A stretch of 63,902 nt of DNA, counting the filler, from Intoshia linei (taxonomy: Eukaryota; Animalia; Orthonectida): NCBI GenBank assembly GCA_001642005.1. It is 7 parts of 7 records of this genome, joined end to end, with 100 filler letters (N's around TTAATTAATTAA, not from the genome) between each part and the next. Parts side by side here need not be neighbours in the genome. Positions count along the whole stretch, not along the records: positions 48,286 to 53,117 come from LWCA01001859.1; positions 53,218 to 62,760 come from LWCA01001380.1; positions 62,861 to 63,902 come from LWCA01002834.1; 4 more parts are not named here. One strand, written 5' to 3'. Each line of letters starts with the position of its first letter. Position 1 is the first letter of the stretch. Both the position numbers and the translations under genes were made by a program. Under the pieces are notes generated by a model, which was given only the letters and a program-made list of their open reading frames with translations, was not told the origin of the DNA and made no database searches. This document shows, in pieces, positions 51,901 through 63,095 of the stretch.

Positions 51901-52295
51901 TTATTGTATAAGTTTTAATTTTTTAATACATTTTTCACAATTACTAATAAACTGTGGCAAATTGTTTTTCAAGGTATTGGCAGCTTCTTTGTTTAATGGT
52001 TCATCTATATTTGGCTCCTAAATAAAATATTAATTTAGATTATAGACGAAATACCATCAACAGGTTGATTAATCCGTATATAATGGCATTCAAACATAGA
52101 ACAGGTGTCCATCCTAGTCTAATGGTTCGTTTATCAATTCTATTAAATTTACCTCAATATATTCAAACATACCGGCCCGGTAGTATCAATGTTTGGGTGA
52201 TACAATTCGTATCGAGACACAACTTTCGGACTTTCATGGGGGTATGTTTTTGGAAAAGTCAATAAAAATAATAATTTTGCATTTTTATAGTAGCC
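51901..52295 (-). CDS. UBE2M: NEDD8-conjugating E2 Ubc12/UBE2M, 3' exons 52295-52153, 52118-52055, 52017-51901; 5' exons not located
   Basis: GYYKNAK..FPKTYPHESPKV..YHPNIDTTGPVCLNILR|LGWTPVLCLNAIIYGL..|EPNIDEPLNKEAA; 34- and 37-nt introns; absent from the ORF track. Confidence 0.85.
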
Positions 52296-52724
52296 CTAAA
52301 TTTAATTAGTTAGAATGGTGCATTTTGAAAAACAAAGTTCACGATCGAGATAAGTTTGACTTAAAAAAATGTAATAATTATAATTATTGGACTTGTGTTT
52401 TAATTTGACAGTCAAGTCAATGTAAAAAGGAATAATGATTCGATATTATTACACCTGTAAATTACAGGCTGTAATGCGTTCGATATACAAAATAAATTGT
52501 GAACAACTGATATATACATGTAAATGTAATACAAATTAGTTTAATGCAGATATCTTCTATTGATAATAATTGATATTTGGTACTGTTATTAGTGAATATA
52601 GCGTGGGATTACAAGATCATTTATTATATACAGTTATTGTATATTGTTGACATTCGTTAAAAGTATCGTTTATAGTGTAAGTAAACAAAGTTTTATAAAA
52701 AATTATATAAGTTTTACCAACATA

Positions 52725-53117
52725 CACTGCTAGATCAACGTTTGGGACATTCATAAAATATTATATAAATAGTTGTTAAAATCATTTAAATATATTTATT
52801 TTTTTATAAATAGTGTATAAAATAATTATACATCTTATTATTAATAGCTTACCATAAAAACTGATTTAATTTTAATTAAATTCTAGATAAAGTTTAAATA
52901 CCATTTTTTTATTGGAAAAAAGTGTCCCAAAATTTTGATTAATTATAAATTACAACTTAATTGAACAGGTAAATATTTAATTTTTTATTTTTCTTTTATA
53001 GCGGATCATTTTTAACAGTATGTATAAAGAAAAAAATTGAATGATAATGAAAAACAAAAAATGACGCAATTAGTTTTGGCGAATCAAAACGTGTCTGAAA
53101 TTGCTAGGATTATCAAT
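52725..53117 (+). mobile_element. Tc1/Tc3-like element 5' end
   Basis: TA|CACTGCTAGATCAACGTTTGGGACA terminus, inverted TGTCCCAAAA subrepeat at ~52923, and HTH start LNDNEKQKMTQL..NVSEIARIIN before the spacer. Confidence 0.6.
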
Positions 53118-53424
53118 NNNNNNNNNNNNNNNNNNNNNNNNNNNNNNNNNNNNNNNNNNNNTTAATTAATTAANNNNNNNNNNNNNNNNNNNNNNNNNNN
53201 NNNNNNNNNNNNNNNNNGAAACAAATTTGGGAACCACTCCTTTAAAGGATTGATAATAGTAAATAGTAGGAAATTTAAGTTTTTTGAAATTTTTAAGTTA
53301 GATTTTCAACGTGAATTTATTTTTTTGGTAGAATAAAAGTGTGCCCTCGGGAGAGTTGGGTGATGTTTGTACGTAGTACATAACAGTTAACCCAGTAATG
53401 TTTATAAAATGTATATTAATTTAC

Positions 53425-53771
53425 ATAATCTAACCAGGTGGTTGTAATGAGCATTTCATTTTTTTCATCCTAAATTTATAAAAATTTTAAAAAATAAATA
53501 AAACTAAGTCTATAATTTGCTGCAAACTTATGCCAAAAGTTACATCGACTGCGTCATTTTCATTTTCCACGGGACGCGCATATTTATTTAACTTTCTGGT
53601 TACGAAAATTTCATCAATCAATTTTTCTTCGTGTTTTCCAGATCTTAATACTAAATATCTTTTAAAAGTTTGTTAACTCGCATAAAACGATTAATTAATA
53701 TTAAATAATTTACAAACTTTAATTAAAATTTTACCTCGAATAAAAACAATTATTAAATATAGATATATCAT
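53425..53771 (-). CDS. Second alpha7-type nAChR subunit, exons 1-3 only (53771-53735, 53650-53505, 53469-53425)
   Basis: MIYLYLIIVFIR|[49 protein letters not shown]|[15 protein letters not shown]; same exon sizes (37/146/45) as the paralog at 61963. Confidence 0.88.
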
Positions 53772-54699
53772 TTCAACTGATTAATTAACTATAAATCAGT
53801 ATAATCCAAAAATTTTAGTCTATAAAAATAAACACATGATAAAACAAATAACGTGATATTTCTGGACCGAACGAAATTTGATATCAGTGATTGTATAAAA
53901 CAATTGCTTGATGAATAAAATACATTAAGTTAATCTAAATTCAGCAACTATTTAGTTACTATTTATTGAAATACATTTTTCCGTTCATAAATTATAGAAA
54001 TCAAGGTTATCCTGTAATTAAATTTTAAAATATTCACATCAATTCATGGCAAATTGACGAAAATTTGAAATAAAATATGACACATTTTCTGTTTGCACAT
54101 TGCAAAACTATGTGCTGTTTGTACGTAGTATAAAACAGCCGAGCTAGTGTATATATAAAAATGTCTACTTCCAATTAACCACTCAGAATTTTTTTTTAAA
54201 ATTAATTAATTTGATTATATGTAGTGTACTAGGGTGTCACATTTTTGGAAAAATTTGATAATTTTAAGGACGGTTTTTGACCTTGAATAACTCAATTTCT
54301 AAAAATAAAATTTGCGATAAATCATTGCCCTCGAAAACTGTAATATAAATGTGGAATTTTTAAAGCTCGACTTCTCTCACTTTCTTAAATAAACTGGAAC
54401 AAACAAATAAATAAACAGACTTACATTTTTAACTAAATTACCTTATTTTAAGGATTGCAGTATGCGATATAACTATGAGACATATTATAGTGTTTATAAA
54501 TATTATAATTTCACTCGTTTAAATTTCATTTAGTTTAACAAAATCAATTTAGGTGATATTTCTGACATTCATGTTTTTTTATAAAGAATAATTTCGAGAA
54601 ACCATGTTAAACTTGTTTCCCTACGTTTAGTTGCTACGTTCAGTTAACGTTAAGCATGTGTTATATAATTCTATATAAAAGACTTCCTCCAATGCCAAA

Positions 54700-54815
54700 C
54701 CATAGCTATGCATATGCAAAAATTATATAGTGGTAGTGTTATGGCTTGGGTGGCATTTGGTTACGAAAGTCACATCGATATATGCTTCATAAACACACAC
54801 CATGAATTCTAAAAA
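54700..54815 (+). mobile_element. Tc1/Tc3 transposase DDE fragment
   Basis: SGSVMAWVAFGYESHIDICFINT resembles GGSVMVWGAF. Confidence 0.6.
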
Positions 54816-54859
54816 TTGATAAATAAAAAAATAAAACAGAGCTAGGGTTTTTTACTATG

Positions 54860-54988
54860 CTGCAAATAAAAAACACGAAATGGGACGAATTATATACCTC
54901 GACGAGGAAATGCGTGTGTGTTTATCAACCATACGTCCAAGAATTAATAAAATATGTAAAAACAAACAGTTTCAAAGATTACACTAAT
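54860..54988 (+). mobile_element. hAT-Charlie-type transposase C-terminal fragment
   Basis: LDEEMRVCLSTIRPRINKICKNKQFQRLH* resembles the Charlie/ZBED5-type C-terminus. Confidence 0.6.
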
Positions 54989-55074
54989 TTGTATGTTAAT
55001 TTTTTTAAATTATAATTTAATTTACTGTTAATATAATAAAATTAAAAAAAATAAAATAATAGTACACTATAATA

Positions 55075-55765
55075 AAAATGTGGCCTAGGCCGAGATATAT
55101 GCTATTTGTACGTAGTACATAACAGTCAACCTAGTCCTTACTTATATAATATGTTATTGTTTATTTCAATAACTACCACTCTTATAATTTTATAAAGTCC
55201 ACAGTTCTATTACGGTTTTTCTGGGTGTTAGTAAGATAAATTTCAACCTTCGAAACTCAGATATTACGAGTCAAAAAGCTCAATTATCCTTTTTTTTAAA
55301 ATCAAACAAGTTTAAGAATTTAAAAAAAATATACACTCTAATACGGATTTTAAAATCATAAATTTTAAAAAAATATATCTTCAGGGGCAAAACACCAAAT
55401 AACCTTTTTTTAAAATGAAAACAGCCCTAGAATTAAAAAAAATTACAGGTATTATAGTTGTATCCTGTTAACACACAAACCATTTTAATCTTAGTAAGTG
55501 ACGCCTTCACGGTCAAAAAAGCACTTTAGCCTAAAGTAAAGCGTATATGTATACAATTAATACAATATCTTATTAATGGTGCTAGAATTTAAAAATAAAA
55601 AATTGACTTTATACATTTGCGAGCCATTCCTTTAAAATATTATTAATAGTGAATAGTAGCATTTTTATGTAATATTTTATTTTTTTGGTAGTTTTAGAAT
55701 TGACCGCTCTCGTCAGAGCAGGTGCTGTTTTTACAAAGTACAATGTACTAAACAATCAAGCTATA
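55075..55765 (+). mobile_element. Helitron 3' end (CTAG at 55131-55134) abutting a second Helitron copy (55135-~55765)
   Basis: ...GTACGTAGTACATAACAGTCAACCTAG|TCCTTACTTATATAATATG... Confidence 0.75.
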
Positions 55766-55833
55766 TATAGTTATTAATACAAAACGTTGAAATAAAAAAT
55801 TTTAATTAAAATTTAAACTACAATTATATTGCA

Positions 55834-58800
55834 TCATGTAATTTGAGGAACTGACATAAAACACCCGAGAGTCGTTAATACAGTCATAAGAGTAAAAACA
55901 ATAAGGCAAAATCGATCAATGACCATAGCTGCAAACTTCCAATCGTGAATTTCTCCATCAGTTTGATCTGTATCCTTGATTTTATGAGTTATAAATCTTA
56001 ATTCATTCAATATTTCCAATAATTCATTTTTTATGATAGATTCAGTTGAAACTTGAGATTTAAATGCTTCGTTAATACAGGCGCCATGCAGTAAATAATG
56101 ATTTTGTGGAATTGCATTGTCCACATTTTTAATATTGCTAATCAAACTCAATGAAAACGGTTTTTGTAATTCGAATTTTCGAATTTTGGCTTTTCGTAAC
56201 AAAAATTCTCGCGACAAATTTTTCCCAGGTCGACTCATGTGAAGAATCCAGGCTAGCCATTCACATATAACTATTCGTACCTATATTTTTTAGTATATAT
56301 CGTATATTATTGTTTCCCAGATTTTTACCCCTACTACGAACAGAAATAAAATTTACGTAGGACTTATCAAAGTGGATTTATGTTCCCTATATCCTAAATT
56401 CGGATTCCCAATAATTTATAATTAAAAATGAATTGTCGTAATGCTGTTTGATGAATTATGCCTAATTTGTAGAATATAGAATGACATATAGTATATATCA
56501 GGGGTGCACAACCTTTCCACCAATTCAGCCGCAAAGCTAATTTATTCATTGATATTACGGCCGCAAAAAATTTACTTTGACATAGAAAAAGTTTGGATCC
56601 ATTTTGAGAAAGTGGCCAAGTCAAAAATGTAACTTTTTGATGAAAATATTGTAAATTGCCCTTGAATAAAATCTAATTTAAATTTTTCCAATTTGACGTA
56701 AAATGGTATATTTCATTGCATTACACTAGTCAACAAAAATCGACTTTCAAAAATCTTTCTATTTCATATCATTATACATATATGTAGTTTTTTCTTGGCA
56801 TCATTATGTATATTATTTTTTTATTGGTGTACGTCAGGTACTCGAGATACGGGGTAGTAAAAATATGGTAATATAATGAATAAATGTATATATTAGCTTT
56901 GTTTTTTTAGTGTTTATCTAGATATCACTGTCATATTGTCAAATATATGATTTAAATCTTATCTAAATAAATAAAAAAAAATTTAAAACAGTTACCTGCA
57001 GTACACATCTGAAATAAAATAAATTTATTGAAATCAAAATCTTTCTTCACGAAACTTATCTTGTATGAAAGAAAATTTAAAAGTACCGATACAATTTATT
57101 TCACCGAAATGGTTTACGTCTACATCAAGCTTAATTAATGAATTAAAAACGAATTACAAAATAAAAATATTAACAATGTAAGTTTATTTTATTAACAAAT
57201 ATTTTTGATTAATGATTTTACACCACCATGTTTTTTAAATTTATTTTTGTAAAATCGTTGTTCATATATTCCCAATTTTTGGTGAAACCGTTATCCCTTC
57301 TTGTTCGAGAATGCACCGCAATTTCGTACAAATAAATTAGCATAAGAATCATCATCAAATCATCTTTATATAAACACTTTGATTTATCTTCATCACTCAT
57401 TTTATAATCAGTGTCTTCCATTTCCACATATTCATATATAAAAATAGTTCCATACATTTTTACCTTTTTAAGTTAAATTTTAGATAAAAGCGTACCAGGA
57501 TAATTGCCCAGTTTAAGTTTTTTTATTTTGTCAATAACTTCGCTTGAAAAAATAGTATTCTTCTGGATTATACTTTGGTGTAGTCCAAATGCGTGGTATT
57601 TCAAACATAGGTTTTTCTTTTCTCAATGTCGTACAGCCACATAAATTTAGGCGTCCAAATGTAATCTGTTACATCAATTGAAAAATCACATTTGTAAGAG
57701 AATTTTAAATTTTCATTTATTGCATATGATTTTTTTGATTTAATTAAATAAATGCCAAACCATGCAGTAGTTTGACAAATATTTTAAACATTCTATTTAC
57801 AATTAACAATAATGATAAAAAATAAAAATTAATTTTTTTTAGTTAAAATTATACAAAATTGTTTAATATTATTTTTAGAATAGTTATTTTATGCCAATTT
57901 TAATTAAAGTTTTTTTAAAGTGTAGATAAAAGGCGATTTTAGCGAAAAATGTCTTATTTTAAAATTACATATTATGTATATCGAATANAAATTTTCATTT
58001 ATTGCATATGATTTTTTTGATTTAATTAAATAAATGCCAAACCTGCAGTAATTTGAAACATATTTTAAACATTCTATTTACAATTAACAATAATAATAAA
58101 AAATAAAGTTAAAATTATACAAAATTGTTTAATATTATTTTTAGAATAGTTATCTTATGCCAATTTTAATCAAAGTTCTTTTAAAGTTTACATAAAAGGC
58201 GATTTTAGCGAAAAATTGTCTTATTTTATAATTACATATTATGTATAGCGTATAATGTTGAAATAATGATTTTTGAATTTTAAAATTAATTACTATGACA
58301 AATATTATTATTTTTTAAATTAAAAAAGAATCAACTTAAAATTTTGTCTTATTCTGACGTAAGCCACAAACATGTTTTATATTGTTAGAATCGCAAAGAA
58401 ATACTACACCAGACTAAATACATATTAAGAAGAAAGATTTTTGAGTGTTGGCTAGTGTTATAATATATATGTATATTTCGTAGTATCACGAGTAAAGTAG
58501 CTTTGCGGTTGAATTGGTAGAAAGGTTGTGCACGCCTGGGATAGATGAACCAAAAAATTTTTTAATGTGTATGAACCTATCATTTTCATCTGACCGGGCT
58601 ATTTTCACTTTGTTTTTTCGCTGCGGCTTGGTTTGATCATTAATAAATAGAAAAATGGAAACTAGATGAGTAATTCTTACTTATAAATAATTTAAACGTT
58701 TAAAATATTAATATGTCTCAGAGTGTAACTATTGATTGAAAAAACTGACATTTCCAAAAATTTCAAACACCAAAATACCAACTCATTTTTTAAAATTCAA

Positions 58801-61800
58801 AAATTGATATATTCACACCCAAAACGCCAAATTAAACATTATTTCAACATTACAAAGTTACGCCTCTACGTTAAAAATGCAATGGACCATATACTCTTTT
58901 TTATTTTATTCTTTAATACAATATAACCTTTATGTAATGTAACTTTTTATAAATAAGGAATATTTTTATTGAGCTTATAAATTAAAAAATAGACTTTTTG
59001 AATAGAAAAAAAATGATGTTTCTACTATGCTATTTCTACTAACTTTCATATATTGTTTTGTTTATATATGATAATCTACAAAGAACGACTTTTCAAATGT
59101 TACCACTACATTAATCATTTGATAAAATAAGAGGTTAGTGGGATTACAAATAAATTCCAATGAGTACATCCATCCAAATTTATTTATTGAAAAGATTTTG
59201 AAGAACCTAAACTATTTCAGACCTCTTGACGTTTATTACTTTGAGAAGAACTGATCTAAATCTAATTTTTCTAATTTGAACGTCATTAATTAAGAATTAT
59301 TGACAATAACTTTTTATAAAATTTGGGTCTACTTCTACCGCGACTCTGATTCTAAGCGGTTTAATATTATTTTTGTAGATAAAATAGACGATTTATAGAC
59401 TAGTAAACAATGCTGCATTGGAAATGATTTTGAAATTGGTGGAACTTAATTCCACCATCTCCCAATGAATAAAAAAATTATCAAATTTATAGATAAATTT
59501 TTTTCTGGACCTTGCATGTTTACTGACTATGCCATTATCCTATTATTTTTATCCATGAAAATTTGTAGATGATATGTTCGTATCGGCATTGCGTGTGATT
59601 TAGTTTATAAATTAATTGTCAATAAATTACCCATTTTGGCATTATATACATTGTTGGTTTTCGGTGATGCAGATTTAATATTAATATGGCCATAACCACT
59701 GATACCGTGCACATTAACATGACTGTTTGAAAATATACTCCTTTTTTAATATAAATAATATAATACATGTATGATGTAAAGTAAAATGTAATATTATCTA
59801 AAAAAACTACCTACAATTGGTACCGACATGGAAGTAGTTGGCACCGAATCCGCCACAATTAATGAAAAAACGCTTAAGGATAGCAATATTGTTACACCTA
59901 CAATTTAATTATTGGTAAATAATCATTAAATTCAACATGAAAGGTTTAAAAATTGCTGTTGTAAATCGCGCATAATAAAATTTTTTAGAGTTAAACAAAA
60001 AATTTCATTTTTTTTATCTGTCCAAAATACCATGTTAGAATATATAAAATTTTATTTGACATCTTTGAGATTCTTCATACTTTTGAAATACCTAATGAAA
60101 CTTTTTCGCCGGAATCTTGAGGTAATAGAAACATTATCATTGTAAGTGATGAAATAAGAGCACATGGAACGATAATATTAAATCCGTAGTATAGAGCTCG
60201 TCGTCGTATATGTATTGTGAAGGTAATATCGATGTATCTAAATTTTAAAAATGTTATTTATTCTTAATTTTATATAAAACTCTTCAGGGCAACATTGATA
60301 CTTGATTACATTTCTGGTCACAGGAGTTTCTATATAATATACATTAAAAATACCAACTTTTTTTTATTTCAAATTGAATCACAAGTTTGATATTTTACTT
60401 TAAATTTACTTATTTTTTTTATTTTTATGTCCATATCACAGATATTAAAAGTACAACTAACCTACTAAAAGCCATTCCCCACTTTCTTGATATGTACTTC
60501 TATCAATCTCATCAGATTTCTTTGTTAAATTAATTTTACTCCCATCGTAAGTCCATGATCCAAACTAAAATTCATTTTATAGATACTAGAAGTAGTAGTA
60601 ATATAAAATTGTTACAGCGAACATTCAGTTGAGCGACATAATCATAGATTTTGCTAATTAATCATCTTATTAAGTTTTTCACGAAATTTTAGTGGGTTTC
60701 TATATTCATATTTTACTATTATTATCTTATATTTATAATTTTGAGATGAAAATTTGGTAGGGTTTTTACAGAAAGCTTTTTAATATTTCAAGGTATCCTT
60801 AAAATTTCATTTTATAACTATAATATTTTTATAATATGAATATTAAGTTAGATTTTCAACGTGAAGTTTATTTTTTGGTAGAATAAAAATATGCCCTCGG
60901 CAGAGCTAAGTGATGTTTGTACGTAGTACATAACAGTCAACCTAGTTAGTGTATATCATTAATTATTATTGTAAACAAATGTAATACTTTCATAGTGCAA
61001 ATCTGATCGTCGAAGGGGAACCATGTAATATCAATAGCACAAGAACTAATAAATATTCCGGGTGGGAGCCAGCTACACGTACCATCATTATACACTACAA
61101 TGTTTGTCGGAAATTTACTATCAATGTCCTCGTCCGCGCTAAAATGACAAAATAAGTCTTAGTCAGAGTCAATTCAATTGACTCACTCGACACTCCTTTA
61201 TTTATATAAAATTAAATGTCTGTGTCTGTTACCGTTTATTTAAAATTTTTCAAGAGTGATGCAGTATCGCAAATTTAATTTTCCAAAATTAAGCCTTTAA
61301 GGGTCAAACACCCATTTATTATCTCTACATTTTTTTTAAAAATACAATCCGTCCTAAAATGAAAAAAACGTACTTTCTGAGACGCTTTGGAAATTAATTA
61401 ACATTGTCGTAAATATCAACTTCAGTAAACAAAAACAAACCTATTGTACATGAGGATATCAGGCGTCCATATAAGCTTAGATGGCAAACGTATACTAGTC
61501 ACATTTCCATACTCTGACAGATTCCAACTTAATTTATAATCGTGCCATTTCTACTCAAAATATTAAAATATAATTTATAATTATAAATTTGAAAAAACGG
61601 TAAATGAAATACAAGTACATAATCTAGCCACGTAGTTGTAATAAGCATTTCATTTTTTTCATCCTAAATTGTTTAAAAATTTTGCAAAATGAAAAAAACC
61701 AAATCTACTATTTGTTGCAAGCTTATACCGAAAGTAACATTGACAGCGTCATGTTCGTTTGCCACAGGACGAGCATATTTATTCAATTTTCGTGTGACAA

Positions 61801-61963
61801 ATATTTCATTAATTAATCTTTCTTCATGATGTCCACAATTTAATTCTAATGCTTATTTATCAAAATTTTCCCAAATTAAAAAAAAGTACAATTTGTACAA
61901 TTTAACTTGGATGGCATTATAATTACCTTGAATAAAAATAATAATCAAATAAACATGTATCAT
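55834..61963 (-). CDS. Nicotinic acetylcholine receptor alpha subunit, alpha7/ACR-16 type; 11 exons: 61963-61927, 61845-61700, 61663-61619, 61550-61441, 61138-60988, 60564-60462, 60329-60281, 60237-60092, 59897-59811, 59740-59631, 56280-55834
   Basis: [13 protein letters not shown]; Cys-loop [15 protein letters not shown]; FGSWTYDG; loop C YQCCPEEY (vicinal Cys); M2 [19 protein letters not shown]; LNLHHR; [14 protein letters not shown]. Exon phases are consistent. Alternative in-frame ATG at 61978. Confidence 0.96.
56499..58538. mobile_element. ~2-kb hAT-type element with ~41-bp TIRs in the last nAChR intron
   Basis: CAGGGGTGCACAACCTTTCCACCAATTCAGCCGCAAAGCTA and inverted TAGCTTTGCGGTTGAATTGGTAGAAAGGTTGTGCACGCCTG; flanks GTATATAT/GGATAGAT (6/8). 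Confidence 0.75.
57705..58250. repeat. Imperfect direct tandem duplication (~280 bp) joined at a single N
   Basis: AAATTTTCATTTATTGCATATG...TATTATGTATA occurs twice, with an 'n' at the junction; possibly an allelic assembly artefact. Confidence 0.75.
60845..60945 (+). mobile_element. Helitron 3' end fragment (others near 39114, 45820, 53295-53396, 54110, and 62424-62760 on the minus strand)
   Basis: GCCCTCGGCAGAGCTA(A/G)GTG(A/C)TGTTTGTACGTAGTACATAACAGTCAACCTAG|T. Confidence 0.75.
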
Positions 61964-63095
61964 TTCACTTTTATACATCAAATATAAATCAGTTTCTTAC
62001 ACATAAAATATTGTACTATTCAACAAACACATGACGAACTCGATAACGTGGAATTTGCTGAACCAAATGAAATCTTATATCAATGGTTATGTCACACCTT
62101 TGATTGATTAAATCATTGAATAAAATTTAAAAAATTCAGAGTAGCATTATATAAACTGTTTAGATCCTAAAATTATTTACATTCAAGGTTAATTTGGATT
62201 TAATTCCAATTTTCAATAAAAATAGTCTCACTGATTGATTGACGCAGATCCAATGTACCATCAAACAGTATTCGATTTGACAATTTGATTAATACATTTT
62301 TTCATTATTTTATTACTGAAAAATGTATAGAAAGTACGTTTCAGATAATAATGAATACATTATTCTTTCCACAACTCGCAAATTCTGTATTTTTCCATAT
62401 GATTATTACTGTAATATAGAAATACTAGGTTGACTGTTATGTACTACGTACAAACAGGACCTAGCTTTGCAGAGAGCACATTTTTATTATACCAAAAAAA
62501 TAAATTCATGTTAAAAATTTAACTATTGAATTAAAATCCTACTATTCACTATTATCAATCCTTTAAAGGAATGGTTCCCAAATTTGTTTCAGGTGGAACC
62601 GTCATATCACATTACTTTTTACTTTAAAGTGAATTATTCCACTTAATTTTCTTGTTAACATTTGTGTAAAGAATTTTAATAATAATTGTTATCCCATTTT
62701 TTAAACTTATTAGACAAAATGTGTGTATAATATTAAAAATAAAGTAAAAACTGTCCAATCNNNNNNNNNNNNNNNNNNNNNNNNNNNNNNNNNNNNNNNN
62801 NNNNTTAATTAATTAANNNNNNNNNNNNNNNNNNNNNNNNNNNNNNNNNNNNNNNNNNNNTGGAAAAAGACTGTGGAAAGCAATGGTGAATATTTTATAA
62901 TATAACTTTATTTTGAATGTAATCAAATAAACTTTTTAATTTTGTTAAAAAAACGATATTACTTATGAAACGACCTAATATATAAAAACAATTATATTTA
63001 TGATTCATGAAAAACCCTGAAATGTAAAATACCAAAGTAACACAATAATAAAAGTTTTGTTGAAATTAAAAAATAAATTTAAATTTGTGTAAAAT

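Noticed and set aside
52065-52265. Plus-strand 66-aa ORF
   Set aside because: Antisense shadow of UBE2M exons.
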